A DNA stretch of 64,000 nt. It comes from Candidatus Kerfeldbacteria bacterium (lineage in GTDB: Bacteria > Patescibacteriota > Patescibacteriia > SBBC01). The DNA is taken from assembly GCA_016207275.1 (NCBI GenBank), contig JACQPY010000009.1, forward strand, positions 27,637 to 91,636, given 5' to 3'. This document shows, piece by piece, positions 49,453-60,546 of this stretch. Numbering within the stretch: the stretch's first letter is position 1; every line of letters starts with the position of its first letter. The position numbers were made by a program, and so were the translations under genes. The notes under the pieces were generated by a model that was not told the DNA's origin, made no database searches, and saw only the letters and a list, made by a program, of their open reading frames with translations.

Positions 49453-50013
49453 ATGCTCGGAATGAACGACCTCCGCGCTGGCGTCGTTTTCAAGATGAAC
49501 GACGAGCCCTATCTCATCGTGTGGTCGAATTTTTTGCGCATGGCCCAACGCAAACCGGTACGCCAAGCAAAAATTAAGAACTTAATTACCGGTAAGATCC
49601 TCGAGCTTAGTTTTAAGCTTGACGATAAGTTTGAAGAGGCCGACGTCCAGCGGGTTAAGGCCAGCTACCTCTACGCTGACGATGCGGCCGCCACGTTCAT
49701 GGATTCATCGACCTTCGATCAGGTGTCAATTGAACGCGAGAACGTCAAGAATGTTCTGCCGTTCTTGGTCGAAGGCGCCGAGGTCACGCTGCTGCTCTTC
49801 GAGGGAAAACCAATCGGCGTCGAACTGCCGAAGAAAGTCGAGCTGAAAGTGACTGAAACCATGGACGCCACCCGCGGCGACACGGCCCAGGGCTCAGTCA
49901 TGAAAGACGCCACGCTTGAAACCGGCGGCACCATCAAAGTCCCGATGTTCATCAAGACCGGCGACTCGATCCGAGTCAACACCGAGTCGGGCGAGTACGT
50001 CGAACGAGTTTAG
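49453..50013 (+). CDS. efp: Elongation factor P
   Basis: 186 aa with three EF-P OB domains and a KPVRQAKIKN loop. Confidence 0.9.
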   Translation: MLGMNDLRAGVVFKMNDEPYLIVWSNFLRMAQRKPVRQAKIKNLITGKILELSFKLDDKFEEADVQRVKASYLYADDAAATFMDSSTFDQVSIERENVKNVLPFLVEGAEVTLLLFEGKPIGVELPKKVELKVTETMDATRGDTAQGSVMKDATLETGGTIKVPMFIKTGDSIRVNTESGEYVERV

Positions 50014-50022
50014 AACGAGTGA

Positions 50023-50092
50023 GACCCTGAGCGCTGTCGAAGGATGGAACGCGCCTAAGGCGCGTTCCATCCCGAGTCCGGCGAGGGATCTC
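50023..50092 (+). terminator. Repeat-derived hairpin after efp (GACCCTGAGCGCTGTCGAAGG plus perfect 13-bp stem GGATGGAACGCGCC-TAA-GGCGCGTTCCATCC plus CCCGAG...GCGAGGGATCT)
   Basis: Strong stem-loop 10-80 nt after the efp stop, made from the same repeat families as elsewhere. Confidence 0.5.
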
Positions 50093-50103
50093 TAACAAAG
50101 TCC

Positions 50104-50946
50104 ATGGCCACTTACATCCTTCCCGTCATCTTCCTGGCGGCTGGGCTGCTGGCTGTTCTGTACTACCGCTCGGTTCCGCCAACGAGTCAGCTGCGCCATC
50201 GGTTGCCGAACCGCGTCAGCGCAGCGGCGTTAGTTTTAACCGCGGCCATTGGTTTTGGCATGTGGCTGATTATTCGTTTCGCCGCCACGCCGTTCCTAAA
50301 AGCAGCTGGCGTGACCACGCTGCTGTTCTACCTCCTGACCTTTGAATCAGTGCTGCTGCTCGCCTTTCGCTGGTTCCGCTCCAACCTTCTCAGCGTCATC
50401 GTTTCCCTCATCATCGTCGTTGTCCCGTTCACCATTCAGTACCGCTCACCCAGCTTCGAGCTTTCCAACGCCCTGATCGTCGCCGCCACCCTCGGGGCCA
50501 CCACGCTGCTGATCCGGCTCAACCTCCTGCGGACGCGGATCATCGTACTGGCTTTTGTGCTGCTGACGCTCAATGATATTCTCAACGTCACCTACATCCT
50601 GCCGCGACTGCCGCTGGCGCCGTACCCGCAAACGCCGCTGCCGCTGCTGATCTTCCCGACAGTCAACGTCGCCGGTCGCGTGGTCGGCAGCGGCGACTTC
50701 ATGTTCTTGGCCTTAGCCACGTTGGTCATCCTGCGCGACCTGGGCACCGGCGCGGCAGTCATCCACGCCGTCCTTCAGTCAGTGGCTCTGCTCGTGACGC
50801 TGGCCGCGACCGCTGGCAGCAACCAGCTTATCCCCTACCTGACGGTCATGACGCCGATTTTTCTGCTGGTCTACTTGGTCGCCCGGATCAACCAGTCAAC
50901 AACAATGCAAAGTCCACCCAAAATCGCGTCTGGCCAGACTCGCTAA
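50104..50946 (+). CDS. Hypothetical polytopic membrane protein
   Basis: 280 aa with 8 or more predicted TM helices. Confidence 0.55.
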   Translation: MATYILPVIFLAAGLLAVLYYRSVPPTSQLRHRLPNRVSAAALVLTAAIGFGMWLIIRFAATPFLKAAGVTTLLFYLLTFESVLLLAFRWFRSNLLSVIVSLIIVVVPFTIQYRSPSFELSNALIVAATLGATTLLIRLNLLRTRIIVLAFVLLTLNDILNVTYILPRLPLAPYPQTPLPLLIFPTVNVAGRVVGSGDFMFLALATLVILRDLGTGAAVIHAVLQSVALLVTLAATAGSNQLIPYLTVMTPIFLLVYLVARINQSTTMQSPPKIASGQTR

Positions 50947-50955
50947 TGCCGGGCT

Positions 50956-51990
50956 TTACGCCCCGCTCTCCTCAGCCCGCTTCGTTTTGACGGCCTCGAT
51001 AATCTTGGTCCGAATTTCTTCGAACGTCTTGGGATTTTGCTTGAGGTACTGTCGCACGTTCTCGCGGCCGACCCCAAACTTCGTTTCTCCAAACGAAACT
51101 GTATTCCCTGACTTAGTCAACACGCCCCACTGCAAACCGGCGTCGATCGCGTCGCCTTCTTTTGAGATTCCCTCGTTGTAGAGGATGTCAAACTCGGTCG
51201 TCCGGAACGGCGCGGCCACCTTGTTTTTGACTACCTTGGCGATGACGCGATTACCAATGACCCTTTCTCCCTGTTTGAGTTGACCGATCCGTCGGACCTC
51301 GATCCGGACCGACGAGTAGAACTTCAAAGCTGTCCCGCCGGTGGTCGTCTCCGGATTGCCGAAGAAGACGCCGATCTTCATCCGCGTTTGGTTGATGAAA
51401 ATCACGATCGTCTTCGTCTTCGAGACCACCGCCGTCAGCTTGCGCAACGCCTGACTCATCAGTCGCGCCTGCAGGCCCATCTGCGGCGCGCCCATTTCGC
51501 CTTCGATTTCCGCTTTTGGCGTCAGCGCGGCCACCGAGTCGACCACCACCACATCGACCGCGTTCGAGCGAACGAGCGTTTCCAGAATTTCCAACGCCTG
51601 CTCGCCGGTGTCTGGTTGGCTAATCAACAGCTCGTCGACGTTAATGCCGATCTTCTTGGCGTATTCCGGATCAAGGGCGTGCTCGGCGTCAATGAAGGCA
51701 GCCACGCCGCCCGCTTTTTGCACTTCGGCCACAATATGCTGGGCCAAGGTCGTCTTGCCGGACGCTTCCGGTCCGAAAATTTCGACCACTCGTCCGCGCG
51801 GCACCCCGAACACGCCCAGGGCAATATCCAACGACGTGCAGCCCGTGGTAATCGCTTCAACCTGCATCGCTTTGGCTTCACCGAACTTCATGATCGAACC
51901 GGCGCCGAAGCGTTCCTGGATTTGCTCGATAGCTAATCGCGCGGCGTTCTGCCGTGCGTTCGCCGGAGGGGTTGATCGTTCTTTGGCCAT
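50956..51990 (-). CDS. recA: Recombinase RecA
   Basis: 344 aa. Walker [13 protein letters not shown]1/L2 loops. Confidence 0.95.
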   Translation of the reverse strand: MAKERSTPPANARQNAARLAIEQIQERFGAGSIMKFGEAKAMQVEAITTGCTSLDIALGVFGVPRGRVVEIFGPEASGKTTLAQHIVAEVQKAGGVAAFIDAEHALDPEYAKKIGINVDELLISQPDTGEQALEILETLVRSNAVDVVVVDSVAALTPKAEIEGEMGAPQMGLQARLMSQALRKLTAVVSKTKTIVIFINQTRMKIGVFFGNPETTTGGTALKFYSSVRIEVRRIGQLKQGERVIGNRVIAKVVKNKVAAPFRTTEFDILYNEGISKEGDAIDAGLQWGVLTKSGNTVSFGETKFGVGRENVRQYLKQNPKTFEEIRTKIIEAVKTKRAEESGA

Positions 51991-52015
51991 ACGTTCTCCT
52001 GTTACGCCACCATAG

Positions 52016-52693
52016 TTAGTCAGCTGATTGAACGAGAATTTGTCGGACCACCGTCGTCGCGCGGCCGCGCTTTCGTTGCGCTCGAATAATCACGGTATTG
52101 AGACCAGCCTGCAAGTCGAGTACGTCATGGAACCGGCCGTCACGGTCAACGACAATCGGGCTGCCGTTAGCGGTCACGATGGTCTCCGGTTCAGTCGTGC
52201 CAACGAGCTCAACGGTTCGCTCGGTTGTGGTCAGTTGGTCGGGCGGCGAGTGGATGTTCAGCGACGGCGGGGCGTTGAGGTTACGAATTTCTAAACCCAA
52301 GTATACCAGAACACCAACCGCCAGCAAGACCACGCCCGCCCGGCGTAGCCGCTGCGGGGTGAGCAGTTCGCGTGGCCGTCCGCCGGCCCCCAGTACCGCC
52401 GCGGCGGTCGGCCGCAACTTAGCCGCGACGGCGTACTCGCGTTCGAGTAGCCGGAGCGCACTATCCTCGCGAATTTCTAAAGCCTGGGCGTAGGCCCGAA
52501 CAAAACTGCGGGCGTAGACGGCCCCGGGTAGATCACCGTAACGACCTTCCTCGATCGCGCGCAGGTGTTTGACGTTGATGCCGGTCTGCTGGGCCACGGC
52601 CTCGAGCGTCAGCTGGGCATCCTGACGGACCTGCCGCAACCGTTCACCCAGCAGGTGCGCCGTGCCGACCGCTCGCGTTCGAAACGGCGTCAT
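52016..52693 (-). CDS. RodZ-like protein (HTH, TM, DUF4115)
   Basis: N-terminal XRE-type HTH ([34 protein letters not shown]), one TM helix ([15 protein letters not shown]) and a C-terminal beta domain. Confidence 0.65.
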   Translation of the reverse strand: MTPFRTRAVGTAHLLGERLRQVRQDAQLTLEAVAQQTGINVKHLRAIEEGRYGDLPGAVYARSFVRAYAQALEIREDSALRLLEREYAVAAKLRPTAAAVLGAGGRPRELLTPQRLRRAGVVLLAVGVLVYLGLEIRNLNAPPSLNIHSPPDQLTTTERTVELVGTTEPETIVTANGSPIVVDRDGRFHDVLDLQAGLNTVIIRAQRKRGRATTVVRQILVQSAD

Positions 52694-55044
52694 CGCCCCA
52701 ACCGTTCATCGTCCGATGATTCGTCTGACCCGAGATCCGGTTCAACCGCTTGTCCATTGACACCGTCACCATCATCTGGTTCATCGATCCCGACGTAACC
52801 GGCGCGGCTAATCAGAATTTCGCGCGGCTTGGCGCCCTCTCCCGGCCCGATGATGCCGCGCTCTTCGAGCAAGTCAAGCAACCGGGCCGCCCGAGCGTAG
52901 CCGACGCGCAACCGACGTTGCAAAAACGAAGCCGAGGCCTTGCCCGAGCGCAAGATTAAGTCCTTGGCCTCGCCGAGCAACTCGTCCTCCCCCAGCTCTT
53001 CCAGGCCGACGCGGCTGGCTTCGACCATCGGTTTTTCAGTCACCGATGGGACGTAATCAGGCGTAGCCTGATCTTTCAAAAATTGGGTGACGCGCTGGAT
53101 TTCGTTGTCTGACACGTAGGCCGCCTGCAGACGTTTCGGCTTTGACAGTTCGCTCGAAACGAATAGCATGTCACCTTTGCCGAGCAGCTTCTCCGCCCCC
53201 GACATGTCGAGGATGGTCCGCGAGTCAACCGCCGAGGCCACGTTGAAAGCAATTCGGGACGTGATGTTGGCTTTAATCAACCCGGTAATGACGTTGACGC
53301 TCGGCCGCTGGGTGGCCACGACTAAGTGGATGCCGACGGCCCTGGCCATTTGCGCTAGACGGATGATCGCGCCCTCGACTTCCTGGGCCGCCACGCTCAT
53401 CAAATCTGCCAGTTCGTCGATAATGACCACAATGTACGGCATGCCGTCGTCAACTTCGCGGTGGTAGCCCTGAATGTTGCGCTGGCCGCTGCTCGACAAA
53501 ACTTGAAACCGGCGGTCCATTTCGCCGACAATCCAACGCAGGGCGTTAACGGTTTTCGTCGTTTCGGTAATGACCGGGGTGAGCAGGTGCGGGACGTCAT
53601 TGTACACCGTGAACTCGACCCGCTTCGGGTCGACCATAATCAGTTTCAAATCGTCTGGCGAGTTGACGTAGAGTAGGGAAATGATCAAGGAGTTAAGCAT
53701 CACCGATTTGCCCGAGCCGGTGGCGCCGGCGATCAGCAGGTGCGGCATCGGGTCGAGGTTAGCCACCCACGGCAGGCCGGCCACGTCCTTACCCAGGGTA
53801 AAAGTCAGATTGGACTTGCGCTTCTTGAACGGCTCGGACTCGATGATGTCGCGCAAGTTAACGATCGCCACCGACTCATTTGGCACTTCGATGCCGACCA
53901 ACGACATCCCCGGGATTGGCGCCTCAATCCGGATCGGGTGGGCGGCTAACGCCAACGCCAGATCGTTGTGCAGGGCCGTAATCTGGCTGAGCTTCACGCC
54001 GTCGGCCGGCTTGAGGGTGAACTGGGTTACGGTCGGACCGACGTTGACCGCGCCCATCTCGACTGAAATGCCGAAGTTTTCGAGTGTTTTACGGATATGC
54101 TCTTTCTTGTCTTCGATTTGGCTCAAGCTAGCCTTCGATGGCGTGCGGTCGAGTAGATCAGGGGGGATCTCAATCTTCCGGTGCTTCCGTGGCGGTGGCT
54201 CGAACAACTTGGTTTGCGTTCCCTCAGCCACTGCCGGTGAGGCGGCTGCCACCGGTCGTTGATCAAACGTTGTCGGAGTATCAAGCGATTCGGCTTTAGT
54301 CGACTCCGCTTCCTCCTCTTCAGCGTCGAGTGACTGCTGGCGCTCAGTCAAGCGGTACCGGAGTCGGTACCACCACGAACGCAATGTGCCGTACCACGAA
54401 CCAACCACATTCCCGCGCGCGGCCAGCGCCGTCAACGTCGTATTGAACGTTACGAGCAATGCAATAATAAGGACCGCGATCAACACCACGGTGGCGGCCA
54501 GTGAACCGACCACCGCGCGTAATGGATAGCTCAAGAGCAGTCCGACATAGCCGCCACCCTCACCCGCGGCAATCGCATCGACCGCCTCGGCCAGCGGCAC
54601 CGTCAGGTGCAGGAGCGCCGTACCGCTGAGAACTAACAGGCTCAGGCCGACGTAGAAAGACGAGCGGAGCGGGTAGCGGTCAGGAAAAAGCAGGAGGTAG
54701 CCAACGGCAATGAATCCGACCGGCACTAAGAACCGGAACCCGCCGAGCAGCAACGTCAGGCCCTGGTTGATTTGCGCGCCGAGCGGGCCAGCCAGGTTAA
54801 ACAAGCTCAGCGCGCAGATCGCGGCCACGGTAAATAGAACTACCACGGTGATGCCGTGGCGCGTCTCGGGGTTGAGCGGTTCGGGTCGCTTTGCGCTTTC
54901 GCCGTCAGATCGCTTCCGGCTCGCCGAGGTCGCCCGTCGTTCGTTTCTCGATTCCTGCATACCGGACTTCGACATTGTACCACGTTTTCGTTCCGGCGTA
55001 CAGGCGATCGTTGAGCGATTTACGTAAACGCAGTACACTAACAA
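52690..55044 (-). CDS. ftsK: DNA translocase FtsK/SpoIIIE
   Basis: 784 aa. N-terminal 4 TM helices, linker, motor domain with Walker A (GATGSGKS), C-terminal gamma domain. Confidence 0.9.
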   Translation of the reverse strand: MLVYCVYVNRSTIACTPERKRGTMSKSGMQESRNERRATSASRKRSDGESAKRPEPLNPETRHGITVVVLFTVAAICALSLFNLAGPLGAQINQGLTLLLGGFRFLVPVGFIAVGYLLLFPDRYPLRSSFYVGLSLLVLSGTALLHLTVPLAEAVDAIAAGEGGGYVGLLLSYPLRAVVGSLAATVVLIAVLIIALLVTFNTTLTALAARGNVVGSWYGTLRSWWYRLRYRLTERQQSLDAEEEEAESTKAESLDTPTTFDQRPVAAASPAVAEGTQTKLFEPPPRKHRKIEIPPDLLDRTPSKASLSQIEDKKEHIRKTLENFGISVEMGAVNVGPTVTQFTLKPADGVKLSQITALHNDLALALAAHPIRIEAPIPGMSLVGIEVPNESVAIVNLRDIIESEPFKKRKSNLTFTLGKDVAGLPWVANLDPMPHLLIAGATGSGKSVMLNSLIISLLYVNSPDDLKLIMVDPKRVEFTVYNDVPHLLTPVITETTKTVNALRWIVGEMDRRFQVLSSSGQRNIQGYHREVDDGMPYIVVIIDELADLMSVAAQEVEGAIIRLAQMARAVGIHLVVATQRPSVNVITGLIKANITSRIAFNVASAVDSRTILDMSGAEKLLGKGDMLFVSSELSKPKRLQAAYVSDNEIQRVTQFLKDQATPDYVPSVTEKPMVEASRVGLEELGEDELLGEAKDLILRSGKASASFLQRRLRVGYARAARLLDLLEERGIIGPGEGAKPREILISRAGYVGIDEPDDGDGVNGQAVEPDLGSDESSDDERLGR

Positions 55045-55050
55045 CGAACC

Positions 55051-57768
55051 GTGAGCAAGATGAGATACTTTATTTCCAAGTGGCCGCGGCGAATAACGCT
55101 TGGCCTCGTCGTCGCCTGCGGGGTTGCCGTTCTAGCGGCTACCAACCATCGCGCATCAATCGCCCAGGATGCGGTTACGCTCGACTACGGCGCGATCGCC
55201 CGTCAAACTTTTACCCAGCTTCTGCAGCAAGCGGAGTCGTTAGTCGACTCAAGTGCTGGTCCGGCCGAACCAACCAACCACTTGAACATTTCGGCCGCCA
55301 GCACCAACAGTTCCTCCTCGCCGCTCCAGCCATTTCCCCACCCGGCGATGTATGGTGGCGCCAGCAGTTCGGGCTGGCCGTTCGTCGGCACCGTGGACAA
55401 TCCTTTGTCACCGAGCAACGCGCCGCTCAATACCGCCGTCATCAATGCCTACGCCAAATTCCCCCAGGTCATTCTGCCGCCAACGCCACTATCCGATGGA
55501 CGTTTAGACATCATTCCAGCGTTCCGGGCAAGTAACCCGGCAATCAAAGTCTTTGGCTACACCGTTGGCCATGTCACCTGGTGCCCGCAGTACAACGGCC
55601 TCAATAACTACCCGGTCGGTTACTACTACCGCGACTACTGGCTCGCCGTTTCTAATGGGGATCCGAGCTGCACCCCCTCGGGAAACCGTTTTCTGTGGAA
55701 CCAGGCCAGTGCCCTGTGGGGACCGGCGAACGTGAATTTGGCATTCCGTGAACAGCAGCCGGACGGCACGTACCGCTACACCTTGGCTGAGGCGCTGGCG
55801 GAAACAATGTACGAACACGCTAAGCCGTCCCGAGGATTTGATGGTATTTTCGTTGACATTTTCTGTCCGGGTGTGCTGTGGGCGGAAACACCGACTGAAC
55901 TGATTGATTACGCCCGGGCTGGCTACGGCACCGACAACAGCGATTCCGCCAACCGGACCGCCTTCGATGCCGGTTGGAAAGCTGGCCACCGGCGCCTAGC
56001 TGAGCGCTTACGCGAACTAGCGGTGGCTGACGGTCATTCTGATTTACCGATCGCCGCCAACTGCGGCCAAGGACCAGCTGAGCTGCAACCAATCCTCAAC
56101 GGCTGGATGCGCGAGAACTATCCCTACCAGAACGGCGGCAGTTTTTACACCAACATGCTGACCTACCCCTGGGGCTACCTCCACCAAGAACGCGGCTTCC
56201 GATCACCGCAGTACAACTACATTTTCACTGGTTCCGAGCCGACGAGTGAACCATACTCCGCCTACAACCAACAGAAAATGCGCTTCGGACTCGGCAGCGC
56301 CAGTCTGGGCAATGGCTACCACGCTTTTGAAGATGTTTCGGCCGCCCCGGTAAATGGCCATTACTACGACTGGTGGTACGACGAATACGGCGTTGACCTG
56401 GCCACCGGGCAGGCCGGCAACGGGTTGCGGTACGCCGGCTGGCTCGGTCAGCCCCAGGGCGAAGCTTATCAAATGGTCTATCCCGACTTTACGGCCAAAC
56501 CTGACCGGCTGACGACTAACCAAAACTTTGAAATGAGCGGCGCATCCCCCACCGATATTCCGGGTTGGGTCGGCGCAGTCTACAGTCCGGCCGTCGGGAG
56601 CGTCACCCGAGACACGACCACCGCGGCTGAAGGCAACGCTTCGGTGCATCTTCGCGTCGATGTGCCGCACAACGTCTACGACTACATGGTCAAGATCGCC
56701 TCAAGCCAGACGTTTGCCGTAACCGCCTACCAGCAGTACAGCGTCACCTTCTGGGCAAAGGCTTCAGCCTCACGCTACGTGGAAATACAGTTTGCCAGCG
56801 CAAACGCTGCGCAAAGCCTGCCAGTCACCACTGAATGGCGGCGATATCAAGCCGTCCTGAAACCAACCAGCTCCGGCTCAACCTCAGTTCAGTTCAACGT
56901 CGGCACGATTGCCGGCGACGTCTGGGTAGACAACGTGCACGTCCAATCCGGCGTGTCGAGCGTTTGGCGTCGTGACTTTGACAATGGTATTGTCCTCCTT
57001 AACCCCAGTGATTCAGTCCAGACCGTGCCGCTGGAAAAAGCCTTCCAAAAAATCAAAGGCACGGTCAATCCCACGCTTAACGACGGCTCAGTTGTCAGTT
57101 CAGTCACCCTAACACCGAACGTCTCGCAGGGCATTGGCGACGGCATTTTCTTGCTCAAGGTCGACCGCGCCCCGCCAGCGGCAATTACCGACCTGCGAGT
57201 CAGTGGCGGCTCGATCTCGTTTACCTCCGGTCGACACCGGACTACGATTCTCCCCTTCGGCCCCCGCTACCGCGGGGGTTTGTTCGCTAAGCGAATCTCG
57301 TTTCGCTCGCCGAAGCGAACCGTCTACTTAGTTGCACCGACCGCGGGTAGTAACCGCGACGAAGTCAAGCTGTACGATAACCGTGGCCGCCCGCTGGCAA
57401 CGGTCACACCTTTCGGTCAATCGTCCCGCCGCGGTCTGACGGCCGACGTCATCGCTCAGCCAAAAAACCAACGAGTCTACCTGGCAGTCGCCGGCCGCCA
57501 GCGTCAGCCGACCATTCAGCTGTACGAGGTGACGCCACAGAAGCTGATCCACTTCAGCTCACTGGGAATTGCCTCATTAGTCCCGCGCAACATCACACTA
57601 CGGTTCATGCGGCTATTCCGAAACGAGGACATGTTAGTCGCGGCTATTCCCCAGCAGCCGCCGGCAATCAGCGTCTACCGCTTGAATGCTCGTCAACGTC
57701 CAGCCCGCGATCGATCGTACAATACGGCCAAGCTCAGGTACGACGGGCGCCGAATTACGTGGCGATAG
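55051..57768 (+). CDS. Large secreted protein with glycoside-hydrolase-like TIM-barrel region and CBM4/9-type carbohydrate-binding module
   Basis: 905 aa. Signal anchor RITLGLVVACGVAVLAA. Central region resembles GH-like 'glycosyl hydrolase-like' families. CBM region ...TTEWRRYQAVLKPTSSGSTSVQFNVGTIAGDVWVDNVHVQ. Confidence 0.65.
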   Translation: MSKMRYFISKWPRRITLGLVVACGVAVLAATNHRASIAQDAVTLDYGAIARQTFTQLLQQAESLVDSSAGPAEPTNHLNISAASTNSSSSPLQPFPHPAMYGGASSSGWPFVGTVDNPLSPSNAPLNTAVINAYAKFPQVILPPTPLSDGRLDIIPAFRASNPAIKVFGYTVGHVTWCPQYNGLNNYPVGYYYRDYWLAVSNGDPSCTPSGNRFLWNQASALWGPANVNLAFREQQPDGTYRYTLAEALAETMYEHAKPSRGFDGIFVDIFCPGVLWAETPTELIDYARAGYGTDNSDSANRTAFDAGWKAGHRRLAERLRELAVADGHSDLPIAANCGQGPAELQPILNGWMRENYPYQNGGSFYTNMLTYPWGYLHQERGFRSPQYNYIFTGSEPTSEPYSAYNQQKMRFGLGSASLGNGYHAFEDVSAAPVNGHYYDWWYDEYGVDLATGQAGNGLRYAGWLGQPQGEAYQMVYPDFTAKPDRLTTNQNFEMSGASPTDIPGWVGAVYSPAVGSVTRDTTTAAEGNASVHLRVDVPHNVYDYMVKIASSQTFAVTAYQQYSVTFWAKASASRYVEIQFASANAAQSLPVTTEWRRYQAVLKPTSSGSTSVQFNVGTIAGDVWVDNVHVQSGVSSVWRRDFDNGIVLLNPSDSVQTVPLEKAFQKIKGTVNPTLNDGSVVSSVTLTPNVSQGIGDGIFLLKVDRAPPAAITDLRVSGGSISFTSGRHRTTILPFGPRYRGGLFAKRISFRSPKRTVYLVAPTAGSNRDEVKLYDNRGRPLATVTPFGQSSRRGLTADVIAQPKNQRVYLAVAGRQRQPTIQLYEVTPQKLIHFSSLGIASLVPRNITLRFMRLFRNEDMLVAAIPQQPPAISVYRLNARQRPARDRSYNTAKLRYDGRRITWR

Positions 57769-57846
57769 GGTCGATACACCGTCGTCGCTTGTGGTATACT
57801 GTACCTAGATCGGTGTTGATAAGTGCAAACGCAACCGTGAAAGGGG

Positions 57847-58236
57847 GTGAGCAGCGTGACTAAGCAATTTGCAATGATCGTCGGGTGGGTTCTGATCATC
57901 GTCGGTATTCTCAACTTTTTCCTCTCACCCATTAAGCTTTTGCCGGCCCACGGCGTCTTCCACATTGTGGCGGGCTTGCTTGGGGTGGTCCTAACCAAGA
58001 GTCACAAGGGCTACACCATGTGGGTTGGAGTAATTGGCGTTCTATTGGCCGTTATCGGCTTTGCCGGTGTTCAGAACATTCTCGGACTTATTGACCTGCC
58101 GGTCCTGTTCAACTACGTCCACGCCATTCTCGGCGTGGCCGGTCTGCTGGTGTACTTTGGTGCTCGCGGCGAAAAGATGATGCCTGCCGGCGGCGGTACC
58201 ATGCCCCCAGGTGGTGGTATGGGTACGTCCGCGTAA
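57847..58236 (+). CDS. Small membrane protein (DUF4383-like), Gly/Pro/Met-rich tail
   Basis: 129 aa, 4 TM helices. Confidence 0.55.
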   Translation: MSSVTKQFAMIVGWVLIIVGILNFFLSPIKLLPAHGVFHIVAGLLGVVLTKSHKGYTMWVGVIGVLLAVIGFAGVQNILGLIDLPVLFNYVHAILGVAGLLVYFGARGEKMMPAGGGTMPPGGGMGTSA

Positions 58237-58284
58237 CCCCGACCATTTTGAATTGGGGAGACAAAAATCCTCCAGACGGAGGAT

Positions 58285-58313
58285 TTTTGTGTATCATAAT
58301 TTTTTATCGCTTC
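58285..58313. terminator. Bidirectional intrinsic terminator
   Basis: AAAAATCCTCC-AGAC-GGAGGATTTTT between convergent genes. A/T runs on both sides. Confidence 0.65.
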
Positions 58314-58507
58314 GGGGTCTTGATGCGTAGCCGGAGAATGACGAACAGGAGCAGGCCGCCAATGACGAGAATGAGCGGGTAATAGTGAAGGAAAAACAAA
58401 CCCAGTGGACCGGCGCGATCGTCAAAGCGGGTGGGGTGGAAGAACAAGTGGTGTGCCGGTACGGTTTCTACTCCGTGGTGGGCTAAACTGAGTAGTCCCA
58501 TGGCCAT
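58304..58507 (-). CDS. Small hypothetical membrane protein
   Basis: 67 aa, one C-terminal TM helix. Convergent with the upstream gene and shares the terminator. Confidence 0.4.
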   Translation of the reverse strand: MAMGLLSLAHHGVETVPAHHLFFHPTRFDDRAGPLGLFFLHYYPLILVIGGLLLFVILRLRIKTPKR

Positions 58508-58982
58508 ACTAGCAGGGTATCGGACTTGACCTAAAAAATCAATCGCTCCGAATGGCCAAATCGCAGTAAGAAAAAAGCCGGGTGCGCGCTGTTACCATGC
58601 ACCCGGATGCAACTGTCCCTCTCGACCGGTTTGGTTGGGAGAAACACTTCGTTCATCTTCTGTTGTGCTAGAAATGAATTACCAGCTTCGGCGGCGGAGG
58701 CCACATGGCCAAACCAACTATCACGATAGGCCAAGGGGATGACCCGGTAGTCCTCATTAACGATCAACCCTTGCCGACGGTTCGAATAAAAAATCCGGGC
58801 GTGCATCCAGCTCTACATCAGCTGTATGCGCGCCCGGGGCACTGCTTGCTCACAGAGCTTCTGTCGGTCGCGTTACGCGCGCACCGACGGGTACATGGCT
58901 CCCTCAGGAGTCAGGAGGTTGGGGACCTCAATATCGAGGCCTGACCCTCGAGGCGATTGACGGGAACTGCCCGTTCAGGTCG

Positions 58983-59280
58983 TCAGTAGTCACACCAGGC
59001 AATCATGTACGTGCAGACCGCCTCTTCGAGGGTGTACCAGAACGGGATGAGCCACTGCACCTGCCCGTTGATCACCCACTCGGCCTGCGCGTCGGCCGTA
59101 GTGATGGGCGACTGCAGCGCGACGTTCGTCGGCATCGTCGTCGAGACGTCGTTCGAACGCTGCTGCGTGACCTGGGTCGTCGTGTCGGTTTGGTGCATCA
59201 CCGGCGACTGCATCTTGATGGGGATCGCCGCCAGCACCAACGCCGCCAACCCAACCAACAGGAGCTTCTTCATTGCCATC
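58983..59280 (-). CDS. Small hypothetical secreted protein
   Basis: Start taken at MAMKKLLLVGLAALVLAAIP (signal peptide) with AAGGGAGGTG RBS. The longer ORF upstream is Arg-rich and unlikely. Confidence 0.5.
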
Positions 59281-59314
59281 ACCTCCCTTCGTCCTGGAAT
59301 CAGCCGGCCCGCGT

Positions 59315-60075
59315 TTACGAGCCCGCTCGCACCATCGGTGACGTTCTCGGGTTGAGAACGACGTCTTTCCCGAAAATCCTCAGGGTGATGCCGGCGATCT
59401 CCTTCAGCTTGAAGTCGTAGCCGCCGTTCCGAATGAGGATGAGAAAGAGGTTTTCCGCCTGATTCACGTATTCGGGACTGTTCCACTTCGACCGGATCTC
59501 GTCGCCGGTGAAGAGAGAGCGCGCGCTGAGCATCGCCCGCATCTGATTGCAAAACTCCGCCTTCGATCCGGTCGGGTCGCCGAGCGACAGTCGAAGCGAA
59601 CGGATGACAACCGTGGAGACGGACGAGAACCGCCGACCGTCAGTCAGTGTCACCGTCACGCCGTCGTCCGGCTGCATCCGCCAGGCCCGCCGATTGCCCG
59701 AGGTGACGGGTCCGCTGACCGAGATGCTGACAATCATGAACGAGAATTCGGGCAGCGGATGATACTGCTGGTCGCGCGTCGACTTGTTCGTGACCTTCCA
59801 GAAAAACTCCATGCCGGCGCCCGGGTGCAGCCCGTCCCAGGCCTTCGGGTCGCAGTTCATGCAGCTGAACCGGAGTCCGGCTTGGGTCTCTGCCCAGGTC
59901 GCCATCTTGCCGTTCTGGACCGGCCCTTCATCAATCCAGATCCGATACGTCACGACGCCGGACGACGTCGAGTCGACGTAGGTCCCGCTCCACGGTGCTT
60001 CGGCCGCGCCCGCATGCGCCGGCCCCGCGAACGCGAGAAGCGCCAGGACTGCGAACAACGCGCGGATTTTCATCA
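59315..60075 (-). CDS. Hypothetical secreted protein
   Basis: Start at MKIRALFAVLALLAFAGPAHA (signal peptide), overlapping the upstream gene's stop (ATGA). The 371-aa ORF extension is spurious. Confidence 0.55.
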
Positions 60076-60546
60076 GACGACTCCTCCTCGTGCAGGGGCT
60101 TCTCGCCGTTGCGGGTTGAACTGGTGGGTGATCACTGCCGCCCAGATGAAGAACCAGATGAGCTGGATCAGCTGGGCGACCGCCTCGAACGTCGGCGGTG
60201 ACGGGCGGAAACTGAACGGCCGCACGAACTCGCCGGTTGTCACGAGCAGGGTGAGGTCGAGCAGCGAAGCGACGACCATCAGGAAGCACGTCTTGAGGTA
60301 GAGATCGATGTACGCGCTCCACTGCGGCGCATGCCGATTGGTCGGTCCGGCGCAGAGGCGCGCGATACCGGTCCAGACCAGCATGCTGACCGTGAAGAAC
60401 GTGCACATGTGGACGAGCGAATCGAACCACCCGTCCTCAATGATCCCGATGCTCTTGAAGTAGACGCGCTTTACCATCTGGTAAACGCCGAGAACGATGA
60501 GCATCCAGGCGATCCTGCGCCAGTTGCCGGATGGTCTTGAGAACAT
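60073..60546 (-). CDS. Hypothetical membrane protein (4 TM)
   Basis: 157 aa, 4 hydrophobic helices. Translationally coupled to the downstream secreted protein. Confidence 0.55.
   Translation of the reverse strand: MFSRPSGNWRRIAWMLIVLGVYQMVKRVYFKSIGIIEDGWFDSLVHMCTFFTVSMLVWTGIARLCAGPTNRHAPQWSAYIDLYLKTCFLMVVASLLDLTLLVTTGEFVRPFSFRPSPPTFEAVAQLIQLIWFFIWAAVITHQFNPQRREAPARGGVV

Noticed and set aside
59315-60430. Full 371-aa extent of the minus-strand ORF
   Set aside because: The N-terminal 118 aa are Arg/Pro-rich and overlap the upstream 4-TM gene in another frame. An internal Met followed by a signal peptide and ATGA coupling gives a more plausible 253-aa product.
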